Under the pieces are notes generated by a model, which saw only the letters and a program-made list of their open reading frames with translations, did not search any database and was not told the origin of the DNA. A stretch of 64,000 nt of DNA, taken from Octopus sinensis. Lineage: Eukaryota. Shown one piece after another: positions 12,001 to 26,245 of this stretch. The first letter of the stretch is position 1. Each line of letters begins with the position of its first letter. The stretch lies in contig NC_042999.1 of assembly GCF_006345805.1 (NCBI RefSeq), positions 68,200,001 to 68,264,000 of the forward strand, written 5' to 3'. The translations under genes were made by a program, and so were the position numbers.

Positions 12001-15000
12001 GGAAAAGAGATCCTCAGTGTTAATGAACTGCATTCAGAGCAATTACAAGGGCTGTAGTTGTGAGCTTCCATAATTAAAGCTGGTGTAGTACAGAGATTCT
12101 CAAAGTGGGCGTTACCATTCCCAAAGGGTGTTAGGATATAGAGGCCAGTGAGGTAACATAATTACTATACTAAACTTCAACAATAGTAGTAATTATACAT
12201 GATAAAACTAGTAATGGTTATTAAAATAAAATGAGATCTCATCAGGGACAGGTAAGTCATTAACCTGCAATGTATAAAGTAAATTTTACAACATTTGACT
12301 TCATTAATTATCATTTCACTGTTAAAAGCTTATACAATCCACTTTTAGAGTAAAATTTATAAATTATCTTCCATGTTGAATTTGTTTAGTCTATGATTCC
12401 ACACTCATCACTTAAGTGGGGGCTAGGCATAACAAATACTTCAAAAGAGAGAGCACTATGAAAAACAAGGTTAAAAAACCACTCGGGTAGTATAATGTCT
12501 TCATATGGATAACAGGTTTTCCTAAGACACAAGGCTGGCATGTCTCCAACAGAAGATAACTCTGAGATTTGTTCATTGAACTGGTTTGAGTTTGGAATGT
12601 GATGTCTAGGTTAAGAACGAGGTTAGTGCTACTGGCATAAGTGCATGCATTGTTGGACATGGCAGCAAGTAAACCATTGATATACAGAATGAAGAGAATA
12701 AAACTGAACCCTGGGGTTCGGTTTTAAGAGGTTGACAAAATGAGGAACAGAGTTCAATTAATACATACATAAAGTGATAGTGTGAGCTGATTAGGAGTTA
12801 CTGATCTAAGGGATAAGAGATAGGTGGAACTGAAGGCTGCCAGTTCATCATCATCGTTTAATGTCCGTTTTCCATGCTAGATTGGGTTTGACGGTTCGAT
12901 CAGGGTCTGGGAAGCCAGGAGGCTGCACCAGGCTCCAGTCTGATCTGGCAATGTTTCTACAGCTGGATGCCCTTCCTAACGCCAACCACTCCGTGAGTGT
13001 AGTGGATGCTTTTTGCATACCAAGCAATGGCATCACAATCTGATGGAGTGAATCCATCTCCGTGTTGGAATACCATAGTATGTGCAGGCTTTCTCATTTG
13101 TTCACTCACTGGACTGCAGCCATGCTGGTGAATCACCTTGAAAAGACTACTCAGACCCAGTATTTATTTTTAAGCCCTGTACTTATTCCATCAATCTTGT
13201 TTGTCAAACTGCCAAGTCATAGGAATATAAACAAACACAGGTTGTCCATCAGTTGTGAGGAACACATACAACAGGTTTCACACAGTTTCCGTCTACCAAG
13301 CTCACTCACAAAGCTCTGGTTGGCCCGGATTCATTGCCAAAGGTGCTGTGTAATGGGACTGAACCTGAAAGCAAGTGGTGAGCTTCTTAAGCACACAGCC
13401 AGAACATCATCATCATTGTCTAACGTCCGCTTTCCATGCTAGCATGGGTTGGACGAATGACAGAGCTGGCAAACCAGATGGCTGCACCAGGCTTCAATCT
13501 TGATCTGGCAGAGTTTCTACAGCTGGATGCCCTTCCTAACGCCAACCACTCCGAAAGTGTAGTGGTTGCTTTTATGTGCCAGTGAGGCGGTACTGGCAAT
13601 GACCTCGCTCGAATCTTTTACACATGCCACCGGCACAGGTGCCATTAAGGTGATGCTGGTAACGATCACGCTCAAATGGTGTCTTTTACGTGCCACCGGC
13701 ACGGAAAACAAGGTATTTAATTTTTTTTAGGCAAACTAGTTGCCCACGTTCTCAGCAATATTGTATCAATGCACAAAATGTTGTTTTTACCTGTTGGCTT
13801 TATTTTAAAAATCTATTACCGTTTGTATTGAATTTTTTCACTATAGTCTATTGGAGTTACCTCCCTTACACTTTTTTTTTCTTTTTAAAGATTACATATG
13901 TCTTGGCTGATAGCATAAATTATTTTAATTCTCAGCTCCTCTAGATCACGGTGCCGTTTAAATATTCTGCTAAGAACTCATGTCCAATTTGATACATTAA
14001 ATTCTCAGCAATAATCCATGATGGTGAATTCGTTTTCCTTCACTTAAAATTATGCTTAATGTTATACCTAACTTATAAGGAAATGATTTTACCATCAGTG
14101 ATATTCAACTCAGTAAAATGCCAAACTGGAGACCTAACATTATTCAGTATACTTTACTGACTAGAAGTACCACCAACATCAACTGAAAATTTCCCACTTT
14201 TCTGGGGTCGATTAAATACTAAAAATAAGTCCAGTGGTAGTACTCTTTTACTTGTTTCAGTCATTTGACTGTGGCTATGCTGGAGTACTGCCTTTAGTCA
14301 AGCAAATCGACCCCAGGACTTATTCTTTGTAAGCCTAGTACCTATTCTATCAGTCTCTTTTGCCAAACCGCTAAGTTACGGGGACTTAACCAGCATCGAT
14401 TGTCAAGCGATGTTGGGTGGACAAACACAGACACACACACACATATATACGACAGGCTTCTTTCAGTTTCCGTCTACCAAATCCACTCACAAGGCTTTGG
14501 TCGACCTGAGCTATAGTAGGTAGAAGACACTTGCCCAAGGTGCCACGCAGTGGGACTGAACCCGGAACCATGTGGTTCGTAAACAAGCTACTTACCACAC
14601 AGCCACTCCTACTGAACTAAAAAAATATTGGCCAATGTGCACGTAAGTCAATATTTGAATATTATAACTTGTTTTAAAATGAGACAAAATTTAGCCAGTA
14701 TTTTGAGGTATAACTAGATTGTTTACTAGAGAAGCAATAAGTCACAGGTTTTATTTAGGATTCAAATCAGGCCATACAACCATCGTTGTTCAAGGTTCAT
14801 ATGGGGTCACACAGAATTCATTGAGGAAGATTTTCTGCAGTGGGATGCCCTTACTGTTGTCAACACTTATTTTTAAAATCACAAGTTGTCAAGACAAGAC
14901 ACACCAGGCTTCCTTCACTTTTCATTTACTAAATCCAGCCATGCAGCTTTAGCTGACCCAGGGCTATAGTTGATGCACAGTGAGACATGGGTCTTGTCTT

Positions 15001-15135
15001 GATGTAAGAGAAGAAAAATATCACAAAACACAGAAACAAGAATATGTTGTTCGTATTGAAAACAAGAGACATTTCAACATGGCACCTCACAGATCTGATA
15101 TATTTATAGTCGAAAACTATATAAATATGGTCAAA

Positions 15136-15141
15136 TTTATT
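15136..15141 (-). terminator. Candidate NACA polyadenylation signal AATAAA
   Basis: About 120 nt after the stop codon, followed on the minus strand by U/GU-rich sequence. Confidence 0.6.
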
Positions 15142-15261
15142 GTTTAAGAACTGTACAGAGAGAAAGGCGAAAGAATAGGAGACATAGTAGAAAGCAAAGT
15201 TTAAAAAAAAAACTGCCAACATATTTAAGGTAACATTTATGCAGATGTTATACAGGTTTCA

Positions 15262-15276
15262 CTACATTGTCAACTC
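15262..15276 (-). CDS. NACA: NACA last coding exon (ELTM-stop)
   Basis: Pyrimidine tract and gcag, then GAG TTG ACA ATG TAG, matching the conserved ELTM terminus. Total protein 214 aa. Confidence 0.95.
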   Translation of the reverse strand, partial: ELTM

Positions 15277-15606
15277 CTGCAAAGAGAAAAGAAAAACGAA
15301 AATTAATAAAGAACAAATGAAGTGACAGTGTTCATGCAAAATGGAAATATAATTTTAATCTGAAATCCTAAAGTCAAACATGAAAAAACATCACAACATG
15401 TCTGAATGAGATGTAATTTTGCATGGACACATGAAGTAATATCTTTTTAACAACTGGTTGTCTGCCCTTCCCATCTGCCCCGTTAATAGCATCTCCTATG
15501 AATTAAAAGTTCAATTAAACAAGTAACAGAGACTGAATCCAACCGTAACCTTTTAATATTCAAATTACTGTTAAATGTAATGCTTTTTTATTCACACTTT
15601 TTAAAA

Positions 15607-15803
15607 CAGTGGTTCCCAAACTATGAGTCGTGACCCACAGATGGGTCGCGAACGGAATCTTAGTGGGTCGAAAAAAGTTATAAAATTATGCATTAGCTTT
15701 GATTAACTGCTGTCTATTGAGATAGTTCAAGACTTATAAGTGGTCGTCATAAACTGGTGTGATAAATAGTGGGTCGCAACTCTAAAAAGTTTGGGAACCA
15801 CTG
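15607..15803. mobile_element. hAT (Charlie-like) MITE in the last NACA intron
   Basis: TIR CAGTGGTTCCCAAAC / gtttgggaaccactg. 8-bp flanks ttttaaaa and ctttaaaa. Confidence 0.8.
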
Positions 15804-17023
15804 CTTTAAAATCAATAATGTATTATCTCATAACATCAAGATTTCAATGATGCGATTGCACGTCTTTCTGAATGAGGCCAATTTTGGACAATTTGAAAAT
15901 AAAACAGGTAGACTATTTGGGCCAGATATGGTTCCTTTATCATTTAATCCAGCCCAAATATACAAAATGTTTTATGTTAAAACTGACCAGATCCAATCTC
16001 TCATACCTACTCTAGAATGTCATTCTACGTATATACAAACACATCATTGAAATCTGGAAGCTACAAGAGAATATGTGATTAATTCAAAGCAATATGAATA
16101 AATAAGCATTACATTTGACAAAGAACTCTAAAGACAAAGAATGCCAAAGGTTTAAAGAACTACACAGAGCCATTTACCCAAATTTTAATATTCTTGAATT
16201 AGGCACAGGTATGGCTGTGTAGCTGTGAAGTTTCCTTTCCAACTGAGAGCCTCAATGCATGGCTATTTGATGAAGTGTTTTCTATAGCCCTAGGCCAACC
16301 ACAACCTTTCAAGTGGATTTTAAAACTGTCACATATATAGACACAGGTCTATGTGAGTGTTCATGTCTGTGTTAACGTTTGTGACTGCTTGTACAGAAAT
16401 GCAATGAGCCGTGCTTCCCCTGCCACTTTGTGCCTTCCTTCAAAGCTTTACGAAAGTCAAGGTTTAGCATCATGGCAGACGTCCAACTGTAAAACTACTT
16501 CAAGTAACATTTTTGTCCAACCTATGAAGGCAGGGAAAAACAGATGTAAAATGATTTTCAGCCATGGTTTCCCAACTGGTTCTCCTTAGTGTTAAAATCT
16601 GTTCAGCAGTTTTTATGTAATCAACTTCAATATGTTGATTTAATTTCTATAGGGTATTAGTGTTGCTAACCTCATTAAGAGTTAGTTTAATTAAAAACTC
16701 ATTGAGTGAGTACTGGTGTAATTAGTCCCAATGTGTGCTGATTTAATTAAGTCCCACTGCCATCACCGATGGCAAAACAAAAAAGATAAATGGTTAGCAG
16801 ATTTTATACTCAGACTAATAATATTAATGGAAAAGTGAAACATAGATACAGAAAGGAAATGAACTCTGACTGCAGATTTTGTTCACCAGTTGCTCACCTT
16901 ATATACCTAATAACAAAATGTTTAGCAGATTCTCATTCATGCTAATATTAATGAAGCGAAATGAGACCCAACTGCAGCCTTTGTTCACCAAGAGCTTACT
17001 CCCCCCTATATAATATATACCTA

Positions 17024-17287
<264 letters not shown>

Positions 17288-18458
17288 CTATGTTTTGGCA
17301 CTGGAGAAAGAAATTAAACATACAAAAAATAAGTAGATGCTCAGGGAGGGTGGGCGAGTGGAGAGACAGAACATTGAAACCTTTTACGTACCAGTGGCAC
17401 ATAGAAAGCACCTTTCAAGTGCTGGGCCTCATGGAAGGAATGACAAATGACTGAGACCTTTGGCAATATGGCATGCTTGAGAAGACCCATGAAGCCAAGT
17501 GAAATTGTAGTCATGGCAAATACTGGTATCATGCAACTGGGACCTGTTACACTCTTGGAGTAGTTGGCATTAAGAAGGAGGAGTCTGGAGCAGCCCCTCA
17601 GCTTACCAGCCCTGGTCAAACCGGTCAACATGGACAATGGACATTAAATGATGCTGAATCAGCAATGCCAACATCTCACATAAACCACCTCACCATACAG
17701 TCAACAGACTTTCCCTCTAATCAATTGTCATGAGGCTATGTAGTCCCAAATACACATTTGAATTACAGATGAACTGGTCATCGCTAGAACATCTTTGATA
17801 ATAGGTCTGTTTTTATCTGAGCTGACCAGTAATTCACTGATGTAAAGGAACAACACATTATCAATATCACATAACAAGTTATTTATCACCATTTATTAAT
17901 CTCATTAAATCATTTCACTTCACTTACAATAACATAACTGCAGTGAAAAGAAAGCCATCAAAAATCTAGAAAGCAGTCTTAGTGCTTTGTGGGTATGTAC
18001 AATATTAACATCAGCTAGAATTTACTACACTTGACTGGCATTCATGCAGTAAAACCAGGATAGGTGAAGACATGGCACCTTAGGTCTTCTACTATAATCC
18101 TGGACCGATCAAAACTTTATGAGTGGATTAGGTAGACAGAAACTGAAAGTCTGCCCATATGTGTGTCTTCTTGTCTTAACATGATGCAATAGTTGAATAG
18201 TTGTTTAAAAAAAAAGGTATCCCCACTGTACAAGGAGTTGCATGCTTGTGAAAAAAACATGTTTGGCAATAGAGATATTTAACTTGTTTGGAGACAGGTA
18301 AGATTAGGCAATAGAAAGGGCATCTAGCTATAGACAATCTGTCTTAAATTTCAACCAATTTGTGCATAGAGTAGACGTTACAATGATGACAATAGACAAA
18401 GAAAGAAAACACTTTAATTGGAGTAATCTTTAAAAAAAAAAGAAAAACGTATGTTTAC

Positions 18459-18593
18459 CTCTTCTTCTTCTGATTCTTCAAGAATTGGTTGAGAAAGAGG
18501 ATTCTGTGCCCCGTCGGGACATGTGGCTGGGTTCTCTGGTGCTTTAAACTTCTCTGCAGCAGCCATTTGAGCCTGTTGGCTCAAATCTTCAAT
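18459..18593 (-). CDS. NACA: NACA coding exon 4 (IEDLSQQAQMAAAEKFKAPENPATCPDGAQNPLSQPILEESEEEE)
   Basis: IEDLSQQAQxAAAEKFK motif. tttcag acceptor, GTAAAC donor, 135 nt, phase 0/0. Confidence 0.97.
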
Positions 18594-21500
18594 CTGAAAA
18601 ATAAAGAATAAATAATTCCCTCTTTAAATTATCAAAAATAACCATTCCACATATTTTAACTCTTCCATAACTATATTTCTAATGAAATACTAAAGCTGAC
18701 AATGTTTATAATATTAAAGAATTTTGAGGGTTTTACTAAATTAACAGTCATTATTATTAAATTGGTATGGCAGTGAGCTGGCAGAATCATTAGCATGCCG
18801 GGTGAAATGCTTAGCTGTATTTTGTCTGCTGCTACATTCTGAGTTCAAATTCCGCCAAGGTCAACTTTGCCTTTCATTCTTTTGGGGTCAATGAAATAAG
18901 TACCAGTTATGCACAGGGGTTGATATAATTGACTAGCCCCCTTCCCCAAAAATTTTCAAGGACTTGTGCCTAGAGCAGAAATAAACTATTATTAAGTTGG
19001 TGTTTGGAGCATAACAAAAAGTGCTTAAAAAATTTAGGTAAATCTTAATTTAGATATAAACCTTTCAAAACAAAGTTTCCGAAGCACAGAACTTGAGATA
19101 GCCTCCGGTAGGGTAGAACTAAAAGGTTTTTAAATGTACATACTAAGTGCTAAGTTACTAAATATGTACATTTAAAATACTTAATTTGAAATTTCACTTA
19201 TATCCATATATGTAAACAATAACACAAACAAAATTTGGAAATATGTCAATCTTTCAGTATTCAAACCAACCATATCCGGCCTAAATATTTTACTAGTTTT
19301 ATTCAAACCAGCCTCTCACACCTAACCTAAAATTTCATTCTAAAATTAAACAATCACATCATCAAAAAGCTCAATGCTATGAAATAATGCATGATTAATT
19401 GAAAACAACATGAATAAATAAGCATTACATTAGACAGAATAAACTGAATGCTAAGGGATTAAAATCCAAAATTCTGAAAATTTACATTGTTTCTGTAAAT
19501 GTTATAGAATACAAACAAAATTTGGTAATATGTTAATGATGATGATTCGTTAACAAATCAGCACCATATACTGTCCAACAACCAATTCTCTTCATTACCC
19601 AAATGAGCTTCAATCCAGGTCATTAAAGTGATATTTTGAAATGAATTTTAATTCGTATTTTCTGAATTGATGGCAAAATAATCCAACAATAATAAAATGT
19701 GTCTTTCACGTTTCAAATACTTTTCTCTGATTTTTTTCTGAACTTAAACTTTATATTATTTTGATATAAGTTAAAGCACTGTAATAAGACCTCGAATATA
19801 TTTTAAATATTAGAAATATTGTTACTGAATCTTTATCCTATGGTTGAGTTTTAAATACATATATTTAGCAGTTAAAAACCAATGAATAGTTGAATTTCTA
19901 AATGCAACAAATTTTTTTAAATATTAGACAAGAAATATTAACAAATGAAACACCACAATAATAAGGATATAATTATTTCATCACATTAAAAAATGTCTAG
20001 AATAGTTATATGGAAAGACTGAATTTTTTACGATTTAACACATATTTCAAATGAAAAGGAGAACTAATTTAAAATATGAGACAACCTAAGCACCAAGAAT
20101 TAAAGAATAATATATATTTTATATGGGTTAAAAACACGCATACATACATACATACACTGCTCTGTCAGGCGGAAGAGATACAGTTAAAGGGACTTAATTT
20201 GTACAGGAAGAAATTCACGAAAAATATATTCGCAATTACTTTAAGCCTGTACTTTTTGTGATCATATTTTTTAAAAATTAAATACACTGTCTTAAATCTG
20301 AAAATTAATCAACTAGGAGGAAAAGTTAATTTTTCTATTAACAAAAGTTTCTTATATTAAATTGCAACGGAAGATTTTAATTTAAAAAAAAAAAACAGTT
20401 TTAAAGCACAGAATCAGTTGTTTTCTTTGAAATCTATATCCAGCTCATGAAATTGTATTCTGCAGTTTCTGTAAAGAGGCCGTCTGGCAGATTGTCAAGA
20501 CTCGATTACATTACTACTTTTACTGCTATTTATAATGGCTTTTGCTTCTCCTCTAAAGTGGCAATTTGTGTATCACTTCTATCCAAACCAACCCACAACT
20601 CTTGCCTCTCCTCTTTGTCATCCTTTAAACACACACTTTCACACTAAGAAATTTTCCTAATCCTTATTCCCCAACTGCAACTCTCTGGAATTCCCACCTC
20701 GCTCAAGTACTCCCTCACTAGCTGCACTGATAAAGTGAGCTGCCAGTGGTCTCTTATTCTACTAGAAACAACAGCCAAATTTCCAATTACCCATTAGTCT
20801 TAAAAAATGGTAGCACATACTGGATAATGTAGTCCTATATCTACCAAATCTGCAAAAAGGGTGGTCATGATTATAAAGCCTTTGATCATAAGTTTGCCAA
20901 ATCAGGGCTAGCCTGGGACTAAACAACTACCTCACCGATCTGGGAAGGCCAGTTAAAAGCTATAGACACAGACACTCTTTCTCCAACTAAATAACAACAG
21001 TCTCAAATTTTGACACAAGGCCAGCAATAGGTCAATTAAATCAACCCCTGTACTCAGCTGGTACCTATTTTATTGACTCTGAAAGGATGAATGGTAAAGT
21101 CAACCACGACATGAAATGCCACTAAGCATCTCAGCCAGTGAAGGGAAAGTCAACCTCAATGGAATTTGAACTCAGAACACAAGGAAAGATGAAATTCCAC
21201 TAAGCATTTTGCCTGGAGAGCTAGCAATTCTGCCAGCTCAACACCTTAAATAATAATAATAATAATAGTGTGGAATGGTAAATAAGTCTAAGTGGTCCAA
21301 TTCTTTTGATACTAATCTGTCGAACACCATCTCTTGTTTTATGATAGAAACTTCCTGTTTTTAAAAGTAATCTGAATTAAAACTTTTCATCAAAACTTCA
21401 AGTTAATGTTCCAACCACCAGTTTAATGACAAGATTTGCTTCATTATTTTTTAAATCGATCGAAACAAAAGGCATATTCAAAAGAGAAATACAATAACAA

Positions 21501-22089
21501 AAGGGTCAAAAAGACCCACCCACTTTGGATTCTGCTAAGTCTACAATGAGACCAAACCAGAATACCCATAACTAGACTAACCATTGCCCCCATTTAAATA
21601 TTTGCAGGCAAAGTGGCTGAGTTCCTATCGTGCGTTGGGCCACACGGAAGCAATGACTGAGACCATTGGCATTACGTCATGCTTGAGAAGACCCATCAAG
21701 CAGAGCAAAATCACAGCTGTGACAGATACCAGTGTCATGCAAATGTCACTCACACTGGTAGCACATAAAAGGACCCATTACATTCTTGGGGTGGTTGGCA
21801 TTAGGAAGGGTATCCAGTCATAGAAAACCATACCAAATCAGATTGGAGTCTGATGCAGCCTTCCAGCTTACCAGCCCTGGTCAAACCGTCAAACCCATGC
21901 CAGCATGGACAACGGACATTAAATGATGATGAATTAAAATTTCAACTGAACTAAAATTGTGTTACCATTTTCTGTTGAAATAAATTTTGTCATTAATTTG
22001 GAAAATAATAAAGAATAGAGTAAAATAGTTTCCTGATTAAGCTGATGTTTGAAACAATTCTTTTGTTTTTTACTACTGTTAAATTGTAA

Positions 22090-22305
22090 TTAACCCTTTA
22101 GCATTTAAACTGGCCATATCCAGCCCAAATATTCTGTTTTACATTCAAACGGGTCAGTTCTGGTCTCTGCACTTGTCCTACAATGTCATTCTAAAAATAT
22201 GCAACATCACCCAAATCTTGAAGCTATGAAATAATGCTTGATTAATTGAAAACAATGTGAATAAAACATTACATTTGACAGAGTAATCTGGATGCTAAAA
22301 GGTAA
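22090..22305. mobile_element. piggyBac-like MITE (representative copy)
   Basis: TTAA followed by CCCTTTAGCATT terminus. Related copies at about 7500-7880, 11036-11620, 15900-16150, 19260-19460, 26478-26879 and 51440-51670, several interrupted by SINEs. Confidence 0.6.
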
Positions 22306-23208
22306 TTTAGAAAATAATTAAGAATTTGGTAAAACCTAAGTTTGTTGTTATTAAGCTAATATTTGGAATGTACATTAACGTGAAATTTTTGATGGATGGT
22401 TTTTAAAACATTTTAAAACAAAGTTTTTGTCGAAGGACCAAGGATAGTCTTAGGCTGATTGCTATCAAGAGGATTAAAACAGCAAGTCTGAACCGTAAAA
22501 CCAAGGAGCGGGGTTCTCAAGACAGTTTGGTTTTAAAATTCCAGTCTTTAGTTGTGTTCCAAACACCATTTTAATCATATACTAAACTTCTACTATGAAT
22601 TCTTGGCTATTTGGAAAATTAATTGAACCACAACTACAGTGTATTCTGATGACAAGCATGATCCTAATGAGATCAATTTTAACCATGAGTTCAGATAGGA
22701 GGAATTACAACCGTGTTTCATGGTCTGCTACCACAACAGCTCCATTATAGGATCCAGTTAGCTCAAGACATCATCAGGAGGAACCATGTCCTGTTTCGCC
22801 CCCTACTCCTCTACTGTTTTGTCGTGGCGGGGGCCCCACTTTCGGAGGTGTCTTCAGCTCTGGTGTTGGGTGCATGTCTTCTTTCTTCTGTTCCCTGGCC
22901 TCTTCGATGTAACGTCAGCAAGTGTCAGCTGGTGACTGACTGACTTGTCAAATTTTCCCCTTTAAATACCTGCCACTAGGCTCCAGCAGGCAGCCCCAGC
23001 AAGTTGTCACGTGACACTGTCTCACCTTAACTGACCAGTGAAGGCGCGTAGTCTTAGCCCACGCATTCTCTAAACGACTGTCACCTGTCAGTCAGCGAAG
23101 CTGATTCAGTGTCAGCTTGTCTCACCTAGTGATGTTATTTCCCACCAGCATGTTATGACTCTCAAGCCATTTTTGATCTTCCCACTTCAGCCATATTAGG
23201 GGGATTTA

Positions 23209-23508
<300 letters not shown>

Positions 23509-24692
23509 TTAATAAAGACATGGACAGATTTTAAACTCCATTGAACTTTCAGTACTCTTTTACTGGTTTCAGTTATTTGACTGCGACCATGCTGGAGCAC
23601 CGCCTTTAGTTGAGCAAATTGACCCCAGGACTTATTCTTGTAAGCCTAGTACTTATTCTATTGGTCTCTTTTGCCGAACCGCTAAGTTATGGGGATGTAA
23701 ACACACCAGCATTGGTTATCAAGCGGTGTTGGGGGGACAAACACAGACATAAAAACACACACACACATATATATACATATATACGACGGGCTTCTTTCAG
23801 TTTCCATCTACCAAATCCACTCACAAGGCTTTGGTCAGCCCGAAGCTATAGTAGAAGATACTCGCCCAAGGTGCCACGCAGTGGGACTGAACCCGTAACC
23901 ATGTGGTTGGTAAGGAAGCTACTTACCACAGAAAAATACAATACACAGTGTCACTAACACAAGCTATTAACATTACTGTACACCCAACTTTAATAACTAC
24001 AGAGTTATAAATTGTTAAAGTAATAATGGAGTTATCAAATACATTAATTGATATTAACTGATATGCTGATTCCAAGTTCTGGCACAAGACCAGCAATTTT
24101 GGGGGTGGAGTTAAGTTGATTCATCAACCCTAGAACTCAACTGCTATTTATTTTATCACCACCTGAAGGTTGAAAGGTAGAGTCAACTTTGGTGGAATTT
24201 GAACTCAGAACAAAGACAAACAAAATACTGCTAAGCATTTTGCCTGGCGTGTTGATGATTCTGCCAGCTCACCCACCTTATTTAACTGATATATATTAAG
24301 GAGATAATTTTTATTGTTTGCTCATTGGACAGATGACAAAGTAACATTGGGATGATACAGGAAACTGCCTGTTACATAAGAGAAATGAAAATGGGGAGAA
24401 AGGGGGGGGTCAGATTTGAATGTTCAGTCATAATACAGTTGATTGATACAACATGGAACTTATAGAGAAACACGAGCCAAGTCAAATTCCTTCACATCAA
24501 ATCCTTATGTTTTTAGATAGGGCACATCTGGCTGGGCTTGCTGAATCTGCACCAGCAAGAGCTTAAACAACTTGGAGATGCTGCATTACAGACCAATATA
24601 TACAATATCACTAAAAATAGCAGTTAAAATGATGACACTTGGTATGGTAACTTACATATAAATTGTAACCGAAATAAAAACACATTATTTAC

Positions 24693-24786
24693 CAAGTTTC
24701 GACATTGCCTTCCGAGCTTTTTTCTCACTTCGGCTTTGTTTAGCTTTACTAACTAATTCCTCCTGAAGACCAGCTACTTGGGCAAC
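24693..24786 (-). CDS. NACA: NACA coding exon 2 (VAQVAGLQEELVSKAKQSRSEKKARKAMSKL-G)
   Basis: Contains the conserved SKAKQSRSEKKARKAMSKLG motif. ttgcag acceptor, GTAAAT donor, 94 nt, ends in phase 1. Confidence 0.97.
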
Positions 24787-25557
24787 CTGCAACCAAAGAT
24801 AATTGTAATGAAGGTAAATTAAAGAGAGATAATTAACACTCAAATAAGACAGATACATGCCTATATTACATATAAAATTAAATCAGCTTATTCACATAAA
24901 CCCCACCACACCCTTGTCTGTTTATATATATATATATCAAAATCAAATGGAAATTGTAGCTGTGACTGGTAACACATAAAAAGCACCATCCAAACGTGGC
25001 CAATGCCTATGCCACTTTGACTGGCTTCCTTGCTGGTGGTACATAAAAAGCACCCACTACACTCTTGGAGTGGTTGGCATTAGGAAGGGCATCCAGCTGT
25101 AGAAACACTGCCAGATCAGATTGGGGCCTGGTGCAGCCTCCTGGCTTGCCAGACCCCAAGTCAAACCGTCCAACCCATGCCAGCATGGAAAAACGGATGT
25201 TAAATGATGACGATGACATACATGAGTGAGTGAAAAACAAAAGGGCACTGAACACATTTATTGGAAGTTACATATATGGATCAAAACAGTTTGATTCAGA
25301 TCAACTGAAACCATCATCATAATCAAGCATCAGTGATATCAATTTTAGGTACGAGAGAGACAATAGTGCCATTAAACCGAAGCATTTCAATAAACAGAAA
25401 AAAAATTTGCTATTATCACAAATCTTATACAAGCTGTTTATTAAATTGTGGTGATGGTCATTGCTTATATACACCAGTCAGTTCACTAAAGCTTTCAAAT
25501 TATGTTGCTGGACAACAAATATGTAAAATACCAAATAAAAGGCATCTAAATATATAC

Positions 25558-25704
25558 CTGGCTCTGCTGTGATGTGCCAGCACCATCCTCTTGCAATTCT
25601 GGTAAAGAGTCATCAGACTTGGAGTCTGAATCAGCATCATCATCATCCTCAACTTCTTCTTTCTTGGTGTTTTGGACAGGTTTTTCCACTGCTTCAGTTG
25701 GCAT
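25558..25704 (-). CDS. NACA: NACA coding exon 1 (MPTEAVEKPVQNTKKEEVEDDDDADSDSKSDDSLPELQEDGAGTSQQSQ, 49 codons)
   Basis: Acceptor tttcag ends at 25718 and is followed by 13 nt of UTR and ATG at 25704. Acidic N-terminus with the SD(D/E)S(L/V)PELxE motif of NAC-alpha. Donor GTATAT at 25557, phase 0. Confidence 0.93.
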
Positions 25705-26116
25705 GGTGATGATGTTACTGAAATAAAAGAAGAAGAATCTCTTAGCAAAAGCAAAAGAATTTGCTTAGACAATCAAAAAGATTGTTTTCCAGTGATGTTT
25801 CAGATAACAGACATTTTCCCCGTAACAAACAAAAGATTAATTAATTTCTCATTAACAGTTAATAAAAAAAGTCAAGTAACCAAAAGTATAGCAGGAGACG
25901 CTAGCCCAAGGTGACACGCAGTGGGACTGAATCTGGAACCACGTGGTCGGGAAGCAAACTTCTTACATGGTCACCGAAAAATTATCCAATAGTCTGGTGG
26001 CATTACTTGGAGCTGGGCCCGTGACCAAAACCTACAGGAAATGTCTTTCAGTATTTCATGCATAAGAGTGCATCAAAAATAAATGTATACCCTTTATTTT
26101 GATCCTCACTGCTTTG

Positions 26117-26245
26117 CAGGGCTGTCAAGTCAAAACAAAAATATTTGACTACAATTCTATGTAATTAAATGACTGTTGATCTATTTTACTGACTCCGACT
26201 CCAGTTACCCCCTTAATTGTTTCTGACTCCGACTCCACAGCCCTG
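26117..26245. mobile_element. Short hAT MITE in the NACA 5' intron
   Basis: CAGGGCTG termini, gactcc repeats, perfect 8-bp TSD ctgctttg. Confidence 0.8.

Noticed and set aside
12180-12270. Minus-strand exon VNDLPVPDEISFYF with faint SOCS-box resemblance, and a plus-strand GTAAGT donor
   Set aside because: Isolated, very short, with no partner exons; similarity is within chance.
16790-16990. Canonical C/D or H/ACA snoRNAs, or a SECIS element
   Set aside because: No RUGAUGA/CUGA pair, the ACA box is not shared by both units, and there is no AUGA/GA quartet. Kept only as an unexplained duplicated structure.
24787-25557. skNAC-like giant muscle-specific exon between the first NACA coding exons
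   Set aside because: The intron is only about 770 nt, is largely a SINE, and has no long sense ORF.
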